NCBI GenBank assembly: GCA_024695105.1
Contig: JAILIV010000021.1
Coordinates: forward strand, 15,666 to 79,665
DNA: 64,000 nt
DNA from: Bacilli bacterium
GTDB taxonomy: Bacteria; Bacillota_I; Bacilli_A; RFN20; CAG-826
Direction of reading: 5' to 3'
The notes beneath the pieces are model-generated. The model searched no databases and was not told the origin of the DNA. It saw only the letters and a list, made by a program, of their open reading frames with translations. Below are positions 17,925 to 27,763 of the stretch, one piece after another; the stretch's first letter is position 1; each line of letters opens with the position of its first letter. The position numbers and the translations under genes were made by a program.

Positions 17925-20264
17925 ATGCCCGAAACCAACCCTTCCAGCAAGATAGTCCGCCTGCCCCTTCTCATCGCCCGCGCGCTCGTTCTCTTCCCCT
18001 CTTTGTCGGAAGAGATCGTCGTCGGGCGTGATTTCTCCGTGGCCGCCGTGGAAGCGGCCCAGGCGCAAACCAACTCCCTCTTGCTCATCGTGTCCCAAAA
18101 GGACCAATCCACCGAAACCCCGACCGCCGAAAGCGTGTTCGACGTGGGCACGTTGGCCCGCATCGTCTCCAGTGGCACCTCCAGCGAAGGACTGCGCATC
18201 CGCGTGGTCGGAAGCCGCAGGGCCAAACTGGAGAACATCACCTTCGAGGACGGCTCCTATTACGCCGAGGCCTCCATCATCGAGGACGTCTTTGACGAAG
18301 AGGACCTTCCTTTGGCGAAGAAGGTCATCGACGCGGTGACCTCTTCCCGCGTTTTCGCCGGCAGCGTCCCTAGAAGCGCCCTTGCCCAGCTTGGCAAGTC
18401 CAACCATCCTGAGGACGTCGCGGATTTGCTCGCCAACTATTTGCCTTTCTCCCTTGAGGAGCGGCAGCAGGTGCTTTCCCTCGCCAAAATCTCGGAACGG
18501 CTTTCCTTGATTCTCTCCTATCTTTCCGAGGCGGAGAAATCGGCCGAGATCGACAACAAACTCGAGTCCAAGGTCCGCGAGAGCAGCGAAAAGGCCCAGA
18601 AAGAGTACCTTCTCCGCGAGAAGATGAAGGCGATTAAACAGGAACTTGGCGAAGACCCTTCCAGCCAGCACTCCGAAGATAGCATCCGCAAGCGGTTAGA
18701 GGAGAATCCTTACCCCGAGGCGGTGAAGAACAAGGTCCTCTCCGAGCTTCGCCGTTACGAGATGATGCCCGAATCCTCGCTTGAGGCTTCCCTCATCATG
18801 TCCTATATCGAGACCATCATGAACGTGCCTTGGTATCAAAACACCGAGGACAACGAGGACCTTGAAAACGTTCAGAAGGTCTTGGATGAAGACCATTATG
18901 GCCTAGAGAAGGTCAAGAAACGCATCGTCGAATATCTCGCGGTGAAGAAGATGACCGGCAACCTCAAAGCCCCGATCCTTTGCTTCTATGGCCCGCCCGG
19001 ATGTGGCAAGACGTCCTTAGGACGTTCCATCGCCCGCGCCTTGGGGAGAAAGTTCTTCAAGGCGGCCTTAGGTGGCATTTCCGATGAGGCAGAGATCCGT
19101 GGCCATCGCCGCACCTACGTCGGCTCCATGCCCGGACGCATCATCCAAGGCATGACCAAGGCCGGCGTGAATAACCCCGTGTTCCTATTGGACGAGATCG
19201 ACAAGGTCGGCGGGCAGAACTACCGCGGCGACCCATCCAGCGCTTTGTTGGAAGTATTGGACCCCGAGCAGAACTTCGCCTTCAACGACAATTATCTCGA
19301 AGAGCCTTACGACTTAAGCAACGTCCTCTTCATCGCCACGGCGAACTATTTGGAAAACGTCCCCGCGCCGCTTCGCGACCGTCTCGAGCTCATCGAGGTG
19401 CCCAGTTACACCGAGATCGAGAAGATGAAGATCGCCCATGGCTTCCTCATCCCCAAACAAGTGAAGCTTAACGGCCTCACCGAAGGGGACATCACGTTCG
19501 ATGACTCCGCGATCAAGGAGATCATCGAGCATTACACGATGGAGGCCGGCGTCCGTCAATTGGAACGCCTCCTTGCCTCGATCATCCGTAAGGTCATCGT
19601 GGAGTTGCTCAAAAACCCTGACCTGAAGCGGCCCGTGTTGGTCAACGAAGAAGAAGTGAAGCGCCACCTTGGCGTGGAGATCTTCGAAGGGACGAAGAAG
19701 GAGAAGGAGAACCAAGTCGGCGTGGTGACGGGACTAGCCTATACCGAGTTCGGCGGGGACATCCTTCCCATCGAAGTCACCTATTTCCAGGGTAAGGGCG
19801 GACTCGTCCTGACTGGGAAACTTGGCGAAGTCATGAAGGAATCCGCGACCATCGCCTTGGACTACGTCCGGGCCAACGCCGTTCGTTATGGAATCGAACC
19901 TAAACTCTTCCAGGAAAACGACATCCACATCCACGTCCCCGAAGGCGCCGTCCCCAAGGATGGCCCAAGCGCCGGCGTGGCCATGACCACCGCGCTGATC
20001 TCTTGCCTCACGGGCACCAAGGTGGACGCCAACGTCGCCATGACGGGCGAGGTCACGCTTCGTGGCAAGGCCTTAGCCATCGGTGGCCTACGTGAGAAGT
20101 CCCTCGCGGCTTTGCGTAGCGGCATCAAGACCATCATCGTCCCCGAAGAGAACCGCAAGGACGTCTCCGAGCTTCCGCAAGAAGTGAAGGATGCCCTGAA
20201 AGTGGTGTACATGAAGTGCGTCGACGACGCCCTCTCCGTCGCCTTAGTATCCAAGGAAGCATGA
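17925..20264 (+). CDS. lon: ATP-dependent Lon protease
   Basis: Lon N-terminal domain, AAA+ Walker A GPPGCGKTS, and the protease catalytic site DGPSAGVAMTTALIS...K. Confidence 0.95.
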   Translation: MPETNPSSKIVRLPLLIARALVLFPSLSEEIVVGRDFSVAAVEAAQAQTNSLLLIVSQKDQSTETPTAESVFDVGTLARIVSSGTSSEGLRIRVVGSRRAKLENITFEDGSYYAEASIIEDVFDEEDLPLAKKVIDAVTSSRVFAGSVPRSALAQLGKSNHPEDVADLLANYLPFSLEERQQVLSLAKISERLSLILSYLSEAEKSAEIDNKLESKVRESSEKAQKEYLLREKMKAIKQELGEDPSSQHSEDSIRKRLEENPYPEAVKNKVLSELRRYEMMPESSLEASLIMSYIETIMNVPWYQNTEDNEDLENVQKVLDEDHYGLEKVKKRIVEYLAVKKMTGNLKAPILCFYGPPGCGKTSLGRSIARALGRKFFKAALGGISDEAEIRGHRRTYVGSMPGRIIQGMTKAGVNNPVFLLDEIDKVGGQNYRGDPSSALLEVLDPEQNFAFNDNYLEEPYDLSNVLFIATANYLENVPAPLRDRLELIEVPSYTEIEKMKIAHGFLIPKQVKLNGLTEGDITFDDSAIKEIIEHYTMEAGVRQLERLLASIIRKVIVELLKNPDLKRPVLVNEEEVKRHLGVEIFEGTKKEKENQVGVVTGLAYTEFGGDILPIEVTYFQGKGGLVLTGKLGEVMKESATIALDYVRANAVRYGIEPKLFQENDIHIHVPEGAVPKDGPSAGVAMTTALISCLTGTKVDANVAMTGEVTLRGKALAIGGLREKSLAALRSGIKTIIVPEENRKDVSELPQEVKDALKVVYMKCVDDALSVALVSKEA

Positions 20265-20830
20265 AAGCCGATTTCCGCAAAACCGATTTCGTGACCAGTT
20301 GCACCCGCGTGGCGGACCATCCCAAAGATGGCCTGCCCGCGGTGCTTTTGCTCGGGCGCACCAACGTGGGAAAATCCACGATGATCAATGCCTTAACGGG
20401 GAAGAAGCTCGCTTTTTCATCCAAAAAGGCGGGCAAAACAAAGTTACTTAATTACTTTCTTGTAGATTCGAAGTTCTACCTCGTGGACACCCCGGGCTAT
20501 GGCTCGACGAGCTATGCGACGATGAACACCATCTTCTTCGCGGGGATGGTGGAAGAGTACGCGAAGGAGAAGAGCCTAAAGTCCATCGTGCTCCTATTGG
20601 ACCTTCGTAGGGAACCTGGGGAAGACGACAAGAAGTTCATCCGTTACCTGAGCGGCTTGGGGATCCCTCTTATCACCGTTTTGACCAAAGTGGACCAGAT
20701 GAACCAAAGCGCCCTTCATAAGGCCAAGACCATGGTCACCTCCCTCGGAGTAGGGGACGTCTTGCTTAGCGACCTAAGGGAAGCGAGCCTACAGAAGATA
20801 CGGTCCGCGATCGTCACCAGCGTTGCTTAA
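20261..20830 (+). CDS. engB: Ribosome-biogenesis GTPase EngB (YihA/YsxC)
   Basis: G1 GRTNVGKSTMIN, G3 DTPGYG and G4 TKVD motifs. The ATG overlaps the lon stop (ATGA), giving the conserved lon-ysxC synteny. Confidence 0.85.
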   Translation: MKADFRKTDFVTSCTRVADHPKDGLPAVLLLGRTNVGKSTMINALTGKKLAFSSKKAGKTKLLNYFLVDSKFYLVDTPGYGSTSYATMNTIFFAGMVEEYAKEKSLKSIVLLLDLRREPGEDDKKFIRYLSGLGIPLITVLTKVDQMNQSALHKAKTMVTSLGVGDVLLSDLREASLQKIRSAIVTSVA

Positions 20831-20930
20831 CGGCAACGTTTTTCTTTTTTTACAGTTCCGCGCGTTCTTATTTGGCGATTTTTGGTGGGGCATACGTAAA
20901 AATAAACCATCATTAGAGCTGGGATTTTTC

Positions 20931-22316
20931 ATGGAGGGGAAGTATCAAGTTAAATTTCAAGACGGCATCGCGATTCGTCAACTGGCGAATCTTGATGTAA
21001 ACCATTCCTTCGATTCGCTTTTTAGCGATAAAGAAGTGCATAGACGTTTGAAGGGGCAGAATGGCAACGCCGACCAAATCAACATCGCTAAGCAGATTTT
21101 GGCCTCTTATCCAAACGCGACTGAGATCGAAGTGAGGCCGATGGCTAATCCCGCGACGGCGGTTTTAATGCTATTTGCCCTTATCATCGCTTTGCTACTA
21201 GCACCGTTGGCCGTTGGCTTAGGTATGCACGGAAAGCTCCTCCACATTTATGACGATGTTCTGGAGGAGGAAGAGTTCAAGAAGTTCCGAACGCCATACA
21301 TGATCGGCGGGATTGTTTGGGTGGTGTCTTGCCTTGTTTGGACAGTGCTCTTCTTTGTGTCCAAAGACAAGGTTGGTCCGACCCTATTGATGATGCCCAT
21401 CTATGTTTGGATTGGCGTGGATATCGGCTATGTCGCTATTTCGATCATCGTGAAAAACAACATCTACAAGAAGCATGAACCGGAAATCAGGGCACGAAAA
21501 GAAGCGGCGTGCCAAGCAACGATGGTGGCTGAAGGCAACAATGCAGGAACCGGGATGGAACTGAAGCCAGAAGAATTGGCCTGCCTTACAGACAACGAAA
21601 TCGAAGGCTTTAAGAAACTAAAGGAATTGGTCGATTTGGGCTTTTTGACGGAAACCGAATTCTTTCAGAAAAAGGAAGAGATTTTAAATCGAAAACGCAT
21701 TGAAATGGGCGGTTCAGGCAATAACCCCGATGGAGTTTCGGCCGGCGTTGCCCCAGTGCAAACTGGAACAAATAATAGAGGAACAAGAACTAAATTTAAG
21801 ATCATTTCTTTCATCCTTTTGGCAGTTGTTCTTGCGGTTATGCTCTTCGTTTCTTTATATAGCTGGCATTACGATGACTACGTACCCTCTATTTTCGTTA
21901 TTTTGTTTATCAGTCAAACGCATGATCCAATTTCCTTAGGATTCGCCATACCATTCGCCATAGTTGATGTTGGGGCGATTTCTCTTTTGATCGTGGGATT
22001 ACTCACAAACAGAAAAAGCTTAGGCTATGTGGGAATTGCTCTATCTTTTTTATTGGTTCTCGGTTTTATCACTATGGGCCTGTTTTTTCGGACGAACATG
22101 TTTGCCTATCCTTTCATTGGTGGCCTTACGTTATGCACTGTTCTCGCCTTTGTTTCCCAAAAAGGGAAAAGAAATTGGAATCTTCGCCTCGGTAGTTGGC
22201 TTCAACGAACAATTTTTTGTGGGCGCCATGGAATGAAAAATCTTTTGCCTCGCTTAGAAGGGCAAATAATTCACGGATGTCATTACGTGAAACAAAATGT
22301 CTTCTTTAGGCGGTAA
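20931..22316 (+). CDS. Multi-pass membrane protein with an internal SHOCT domain
   Basis: SHOCT-like segment LTDNEIEGFKKLKELVDLGFLTETEFFQKKEEIL flanked by at least six predicted transmembrane helices. GC is about 44%, far below the core genes. The listed ORF begins at a TTG at 20823, and the first ATG is at 20931. Confidence 0.55.
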   Translation: MEGKYQVKFQDGIAIRQLANLDVNHSFDSLFSDKEVHRRLKGQNGNADQINIAKQILASYPNATEIEVRPMANPATAVLMLFALIIALLLAPLAVGLGMHGKLLHIYDDVLEEEEFKKFRTPYMIGGIVWVVSCLVWTVLFFVSKDKVGPTLLMMPIYVWIGVDIGYVAISIIVKNNIYKKHEPEIRARKEAACQATMVAEGNNAGTGMELKPEELACLTDNEIEGFKKLKELVDLGFLTETEFFQKKEEILNRKRIEMGGSGNNPDGVSAGVAPVQTGTNNRGTRTKFKIISFILLAVVLAVMLFVSLYSWHYDDYVPSIFVILFISQTHDPISLGFAIPFAIVDVGAISLLIVGLLTNRKSLGYVGIALSFLLVLGFITMGLFFRTNMFAYPFIGGLTLCTVLAFVSQKGKRNWNLRLGSWLQRTIFCGRHGMKNLLPRLEGQIIHGCHYVKQNVFFRR

Positions 22317-23669
22317 ATGTTTCGCATAACGATGGAACCGATCCCCGTTCCTAAACCTCGTTATAATGAAGTGATGCTCGAATTCGTCCGCCCATTAATA
22401 CTTCCTCTATATGACGAAGCCTCCTACCCGATGGCGGAATCCGTTTTCTCTTCCCTTCACGCCCAAGGTAGCCCGGTTTATTACCCGGAAGTGGGGCTAA
22501 AGGAAAAGGATGGCTTCGTGGAGGAAGTGGCGCAGCATGGCCTTTTCGTCTTGGCCTTTTGGGACAAGAAGAGCCGATTGTCCCTTGATATGCGCTTTGC
22601 GTTTCTTAAGGCCCATTATGCGGGGGATTTCATCGTATGGGTTGCAGCAGAAGGAGTGAAGTTACCAACGTTACGGACGGGGACCTACATCACTTCGCTT
22701 CGCCCGGACGACCCTTATCTAGCGAAGAAGGTTCAGGTTATCTATGACGACCTTTTAGAGAGGTTTCCGTTACCTAAACGCCTACCGAAAGACAAGATGG
22801 CGCCGAGCCTTTTCCGGATCTTGCCTTTCGCTTACGAGTGCCCGCATCCGGATAGGCCTCTATTAGATGTGGCTTTTGGGTTTACGGATGATTTCGCGTT
22901 GCATCAGGCTAGCTTGCCTAGCGCTTGTCCCATCTTGGTACGCGGGGAAGAAGCCATCGGAAGGCATGATTACGTGCGCACGATGATGGCGACCTTATTG
23001 CAACGCAACGGATCCGACGGCATCCAATTCGTATTCTTGGATCCTTACGACGAATATGACTGCACGGACATGCTTTGGGCCCGTGTTTCTTCAGGCGATG
23101 ATTCCGCTGCCGCGGTAGTGGAGTTCCTTTATAAGGAAAAGGAACGTAGGAAGGCCAATTGGGGCCAACGGCGTTTCCCTGCCATGGTCGTGTTCGCCTG
23201 CCTCCGCGAGGGATTTGGGATCAACGAGAAAGTACCTTCTTTGCTAGAAGACGCAGCCAGTTATGGAATCTATTGGATTGTCATAGGGAATAAAAAGACC
23301 TCTTCGGTAGGCTTTCAAACCATCTTGGACATGGACCGGGAGGGCACATTGGTTTATTCCACTCCACAAGGCATCTTCACATTGAACCAGCCAAGCATCA
23401 ACTCCGCCCTAGTGGACGACATCCTTTTGGCCCACACGCCGATCACGGCTCCCCCAGATGAGCGGCAACAGAAGTGGATCGATTGGGCCAAAGCGAAGGA
23501 ATACGTTACGTTGACGGACTTAAAAGATGCGTTTGGCTTGTCTGCCTATGATACCTACCACGCCTTGGAGGACCTTCAAGGCTTCGAGGTGATCGCGGAT
23601 TATTTCATCGAAGGCAAAGGGTATCCAAGATTGATGAAGAAGGCATCGGATGGAACGCCTCTTCCATAA
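22317..23669 (+). CDS. Hypothetical 450-aa protein in the lower-GC insert, with a weak FtsK-gamma or winged-helix-like C-terminus
   Basis: The ORF starts immediately after the preceding stop (TAAATG). The C-terminal KEYVTLTDLKDAFGLSAYDTYHALEDLQGFEVIA has a winged-helix character. No Walker A motif was found. Confidence 0.5.
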   Translation: MFRITMEPIPVPKPRYNEVMLEFVRPLILPLYDEASYPMAESVFSSLHAQGSPVYYPEVGLKEKDGFVEEVAQHGLFVLAFWDKKSRLSLDMRFAFLKAHYAGDFIVWVAAEGVKLPTLRTGTYITSLRPDDPYLAKKVQVIYDDLLERFPLPKRLPKDKMAPSLFRILPFAYECPHPDRPLLDVAFGFTDDFALHQASLPSACPILVRGEEAIGRHDYVRTMMATLLQRNGSDGIQFVFLDPYDEYDCTDMLWARVSSGDDSAAAVVEFLYKEKERRKANWGQRRFPAMVVFACLREGFGINEKVPSLLEDAASYGIYWIVIGNKKTSSVGFQTILDMDREGTLVYSTPQGIFTLNQPSINSALVDDILLAHTPITAPPDERQQKWIDWAKAKEYVTLTDLKDAFGLSAYDTYHALEDLQGFEVIADYFIEGKGYPRLMKKASDGTPLP

Positions 23670-23689
23670 AACACGTGGGGGCTTGCACG

Positions 23690-23920
23690 CGTAAGCAATC
23701 CTCCCCATAATATGCTCGTTCCAAGGAACGGGAGGGAACGGACCTCTTCTCCGCCATAGAGAGCTAGGGTAGGTGAAAGCTAGCCGGAGGGGAACCGCGA
23801 GTCGCCCGGGAGGAAATCGTGCTTCCGCGTTAAGGAAATTGAGGGCCTATCGATGATAGGAACTTGGGTGGTACCGCGCGCCGCGTCCCAAGATTGGGCG
23901 CGGATTTTATTTTGGAGGTA
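23690..23920 (+). promoter_or_regulatory. T-box riboswitch leader of valS
   Basis: Conserved T-box sequence AACTTGGGTGGTACCGCGCG (23861..23880) overlapping the 5' arm of a terminator (CCGCGCGCCGCG...GGGCGCGG plus a U-run at 23906..23915). Upstream AGAGA and GA-rich Stem I elements are present. The leader lies directly upstream of an aminoacyl-tRNA synthetase gene. Confidence 0.7.
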
Positions 23921-23926
23921 CCCGCT

Positions 23927-26497
23927 ATGTTAGAAAAACGTTACGACCCCAAGAAGGTCGAAAGCGGCAAATACCAGACGTGGAAGGACAAAGGCTACTT
24001 CACGGCCGGAGACACGTCGAAACAACCTTTTTCGTTGGTCATCCCACCCCCGAACGTGACGGGCAAGTTGCATCTAGGACACGTCATGGACACCATCCCC
24101 GACGACATCATCGTCCGTTACAAGAAGATGATGGGCTATGACGTCTTGTGGGTGCCGGGCATGGATCATGCAGGCATCGCCACGCAGGCCAAAGTCGAGG
24201 AGAAACTGCGGAAGCAGGGCATTTCCCGTTATGACTTAGGCAGGGAAAGATTCCTTAAGGTGGCGTGGGATTGGAAGCGCGAATATGGCGACACCATCCA
24301 CGAGCAGTGGGCCAAGATCGGCCTAAGCGTGGACTACACACGCGAGCGTTTTACTCTCGATGAAGGCTTAAGCGAAGCGGTCCGTAAGGTATTCGTGACC
24401 CTTTACGAAGAAGGGCTCATCTACCAGGGCGAGAAGATCATCAACTGGGACCCCGAGCTTCGCACCGCGCTTTCTAACGTCGAAGTCATCCACACCGACG
24501 ATGAAGGCGAGTTCTTCTATTTCCTTTATGACGTGGTGGATAGCGATGAGACCCTGGTGGTTGCCACGACCCGCCCGGAGACGATGTTTGGCGACACCGC
24601 CGTCTTCGTCCATCCCGAAGACCCGCGTTATAAGCATTTGATCGGCAAATACGTCATCAACCCCGCCAATGGGGAGAAATTGCCCCTTATGGGCGACGCT
24701 TATGTTGACCCCAGTTTTGGCACGGGCGCGATGAAGTGCACCCCCGCGCATGACCCCAATGACTTCGCTTTAGCGAAGAAGTACGGTTTCCCCTTCATCA
24801 AGGTGTTAGATGAGACCGCGAAGATGAATGAGCTCGCCGGGGAGTTCTGCGGCATGGACCGTTATGAATGCCGTGACGCCTTGGTGGAAAAGATCAAGGC
24901 GGAAGGCCATCTTCAGAAGATCGAGCGTTTCACCCATTCGGTGGGCCATTCCGAACGCTCCGGCGCGGTGGTGGAGCCGATGCTTTCCAAGCAATGGTTC
25001 GTCCGCATGCGCCCGCTGGCCGACCGCGTCTTGGCCCAGCAAAACAGCGAAGACAAAGTCGAGTTCCTACCCGCCCGCTTCGAGAAGGTGCTCATCCGTT
25101 GGATGAACGAGGTGGACGATTGGTGCATCTCCCGCCAGCTGTGGTGGGGGCACCGCATCCCCGCCTACTATAACGACAAGGGCGAGGTATACGTCGGCAT
25201 GGAAGCCCCCAAGGGCGAAGGCTGGCGTCAGGATGAGGACGTGTTGGACACATGGTTCTCCAGCGCTTTGTGGCCTTTCGCCACGCTTGGCTGGCCCCAT
25301 AAGACCCCGGACTTCGATCGGTATTTCCCCACCTCGGTGCTAAACACCGGCTACGACATCATCTTCTTCTGGGTCGCCCGCATGGTGTTCCAATCCGAGC
25401 ACTTCACCGACAAGCGTCCGTTTAAGACCGTGGTTATCCATGGCCTAATTCGCGATGAGCAGGGAAGGAAGATGTCGAAGTCTCTGGGTAACGGCATCGA
25501 TCCGATCGACGTCATCGAGAAGTATGGCGTGGACGCTTTGAGGTATTTCATCACCACCAATAGCGCACCCGGCTTAGACATGCGCTATAGCGACGAGAAG
25601 TTAAACGCCGCCAGCAACTACCTCAACAAGATCTGGAACGCCACCCGGTACGTCTTGCAGACGTTAGGGGAGGGCTATGTCCCCGAAGAGGTGGACGAGA
25701 AGGCGCTTGATCCTTTGGACCGTTACATCCTCTCGCGCCTAGAAGGGACCATCCAAGCCGTCTCCGAACGGATGGACGAGTATAACTTCCTCGGCGCCTC
25801 GGGCGTTCTATATGACTTCGTCTACGACGATTTCTGCTCCTTCTATTTGGAGATGAGCAAAGTGTCGTTATCCGATCCCGGCAAAGAAAAAGCCACCAAG
25901 GCGACCTTATATAAGGTAATCCGCGAGATCATCCTCATGATCTATCCCTATTGCCCCTTCATCGGCGAAGAGCTTTACCTCTCCTTGCCGGGGCATAAGG
26001 AGTCCGTCATGCTCGAGACCTATCCGAAGTATGTGGCTTCCCTCCATTCCCCCAAGGACGAGAAAAACGGCCAGCTGCTTAAGGAGATCATCACCGCGAT
26101 CCGTGGCTATAAGTCCTCCAAGGGTCTGGCCCCCAACGCCTCCATCCGCATGGCGTTTGAAGGAGCCTTCCCGTTTGAGGGCATCCAAACCTACCTCTCC
26201 CGCTTCCTCTTTGCCTCCGAGGTGAAGGAAAACGCCAAACTCCATGGCGAGGCCTTCGTCTTTGACGGGGCCAACCTCACCATCGAGCAAGACGTGGACA
26301 AGGCCACCATCGTCGAAGGGCTACTCGCGGAGAAGGAGCGTCTCCTCTCCGAGATCGCCCGAGGCGAGAAAATGCTCTCCAATCCTGGCTTTTTGGCTAA
26401 GGCACCCGCGGACAAGGTTGCCTTGGAACAAGAGAAACTCGCCGGCAATAAGGCCAAACTTGAAACGGTCTTGAAGAACCTCGAAGAGCTCGCCTAA
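23927..26497 (+). CDS. valS: Valyl-tRNA synthetase
   Basis: HIGH motif PPPNVTGKLHLGH, KMSKS motif, editing domain, and a C-terminal coiled coil. The true start is the ATG at 23927 (MLEKRYDP); the longer listed ORF runs through the T-box. Confidence 0.95.
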   Translation: MLEKRYDPKKVESGKYQTWKDKGYFTAGDTSKQPFSLVIPPPNVTGKLHLGHVMDTIPDDIIVRYKKMMGYDVLWVPGMDHAGIATQAKVEEKLRKQGISRYDLGRERFLKVAWDWKREYGDTIHEQWAKIGLSVDYTRERFTLDEGLSEAVRKVFVTLYEEGLIYQGEKIINWDPELRTALSNVEVIHTDDEGEFFYFLYDVVDSDETLVVATTRPETMFGDTAVFVHPEDPRYKHLIGKYVINPANGEKLPLMGDAYVDPSFGTGAMKCTPAHDPNDFALAKKYGFPFIKVLDETAKMNELAGEFCGMDRYECRDALVEKIKAEGHLQKIERFTHSVGHSERSGAVVEPMLSKQWFVRMRPLADRVLAQQNSEDKVEFLPARFEKVLIRWMNEVDDWCISRQLWWGHRIPAYYNDKGEVYVGMEAPKGEGWRQDEDVLDTWFSSALWPFATLGWPHKTPDFDRYFPTSVLNTGYDIIFFWVARMVFQSEHFTDKRPFKTVVIHGLIRDEQGRKMSKSLGNGIDPIDVIEKYGVDALRYFITTNSAPGLDMRYSDEKLNAASNYLNKIWNATRYVLQTLGEGYVPEEVDEKALDPLDRYILSRLEGTIQAVSERMDEYNFLGASGVLYDFVYDDFCSFYLEMSKVSLSDPGKEKATKATLYKVIREIILMIYPYCPFIGEELYLSLPGHKESVMLETYPKYVASLHSPKDEKNGQLLKEIITAIRGYKSSKGLAPNASIRMAFEGAFPFEGIQTYLSRFLFASEVKENAKLHGEAFVFDGANLTIEQDVDKATIVEGLLAEKERLLSEIARGEKMLSNPGFLAKAPADKVALEQEKLAGNKAKLETVLKNLEELA

Positions 26498-26511
26498 GGC
26501 AACAAGAACGA

Positions 26512-26540
26512 GGAGATGGCGGACCCATCTCCTTTTTCTT
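26512..26540 (+). terminator. Rho-independent terminator after valS
   Basis: GGAGATGG-cggac-CCATCTCC hairpin followed by TTTTTCTTT. Confidence 0.6.
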
Positions 26541-26590
26541 TCGCCCTTTTGCGCATTCCCTCCCTATAAAGGGGTGAAGGAGGAAAACGT

Positions 26591-26779
26591 ATGCACGTGG
26601 TCCCTTTATCTGAAAAGGCGCTTCATGAGGATTGCCCCGGGGAAGCCCTTACGATGGCCACCGTCACTTTGGTGTTCACCGTCGTCATCTTGGCCATCGT
26701 GGCCTACAAGCTTTTCATGTCGGGGAAGGCGAAGCTGGAGTTGCCTGGTGGTTATAAGTTCGAGTGGTCGGGCACATGA
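26591..26779 (+). CDS. Small membrane protein, 62 aa with one transmembrane helix, translationally coupled to radC
   Basis: Strong SD (GGTGAAGGAGGA) 7 nt upstream. Transmembrane helix VTLVFTVVILAIVAYKLFM. Its stop overlaps the radC ATG (ATGA). Confidence 0.45.
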   Translation: MHVVPLSEKALHEDCPGEALTMATVTLVFTVVILAIVAYKLFMSGKAKLELPGGYKFEWSGT

Positions 26780-27423
26780 AGATCCACGCTTTGCCCGAGG
26801 ACGACCGTCCGCGGGAGAAACTTTTTCGTTTGGGCCCGAAGTTTCTGACGGAATCGGAGCTTTTGGCGTTGGTCTTGGTTTCGGGGACCCCCGGATGCAA
26901 CGTGGTCGAATTGTCCCAGCTGATCTTCCGCCGGTTGAAGAAACGAGGCTTATCCGAACTGAAGGAAGAAGACCTGCACGGAATCAAAGGGCTCGGAAAT
27001 GGCAAAAAGGCCGCTTTGCTCGCCCTGGCCGAACTATGCGAAAGGCAAACGGGACAGAAAGCCACGGACCATAGCCTCCCTTCTTATTTGGGAGCCATTT
27101 CCTCCTCGATGGCGGAAGAAGCGTACGTACTTTCTTTGGGGAAGGGGGATGAGGTGCTGTCTTGCCATCTTTTGGCCAAAGGCGGAGACAAAAGCCTCGT
27201 GGCTTCCCATCGTGAGGCGCTTCGCCTTGCAAGCGCGGGCAAAGGGACGCGCTTCGTCTTCGTGCATACGCATCCAAAGGGCTTGCCGTATCCTTCAAAG
27301 CAAGATATCGAGGCCACCAAGAGGTTAGGGGAGGACGCCGGTAGGATCGGCCTAACGCTGGTGGACCATCTCGTCTTGGGGGAGGATGGATCGTTTTCCT
27401 TCCGGGAGAATCGGCTTTTGTGA
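26776..27423 (+). CDS. radC: RadC-like JAB/MPN domain protein (UPF0758)
   Basis: N-terminal HhH-like LPEDDRPREKL...ESELLALVL and a C-terminal JAMM motif HTHPKG...S.QD. Confidence 0.85.
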   Translation: MKIHALPEDDRPREKLFRLGPKFLTESELLALVLVSGTPGCNVVELSQLIFRRLKKRGLSELKEEDLHGIKGLGNGKKAALLALAELCERQTGQKATDHSLPSYLGAISSSMAEEAYVLSLGKGDEVLSCHLLAKGGDKSLVASHREALRLASAGKGTRFVFVHTHPKGLPYPSKQDIEATKRLGEDAGRIGLTLVDHLVLGEDGSFSFRENRLL

Positions 27424-27475
27424 CGGGCGAGAGGGCTAGGGCAGGCATAAGCGTCAAACTTATATTGAATTCAAG

Positions 27476-27763
27476 GTGAAACTAAAGGCGGTGCGGAAAA
27501 AGCTGGGCCTTTCGCAAAAGGAGATGGCTAAGCGGTTTGGCATCACAAAAGGCGTTCCTCCCAATGAGGGAAACGCGACCTCGGATCGCGTTTTGTCGTT
27601 CATGGCCCAAAACGGGGGACGGCTTGCTAACGCGGAAACGCTGACCATCGCCTTGGGCATCGCGCGGATCACCGCGCTTCGCCACCTATCTTCGCTGGTG
27701 GCCCAGGGGAAGGTCCGTCGCGTCGGATCGAGGAAGACGGGCCATTGGGCGCTGGCGGATTGA
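27476..27763 (+). CDS. Small HTH (XRE-like) DNA-binding protein with a GTG start
   Basis: LGLSQKEMAKRFGITKG helix-turn-helix. The SD is weak. Confidence 0.45.
   Translation: MKLKAVRKKLGLSQKEMAKRFGITKGVPPNEGNATSDRVLSFMAQNGGRLANAETLTIALGIARITALRHLSSLVAQGKVRRVGSRKTGHWALAD

Noticed and set aside
20823-20930. Upstream extension of the SHOCT membrane protein ORF from a TTG start (MLNGNVFLF...)
   Set aside because: This part overlaps the end of engB, has no SD and is AT-rich and non-coding-looking. The first ATG at 20931 is the more plausible start.
23864-23926. Longer valS ORF starting at 23864 (MGGTARRVPRLGADF...)
   Set aside because: The extension runs through the T-box antiterminator and terminator. 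The conserved ValRS N-terminus begins at MLEKRYDP (ATG 23927).
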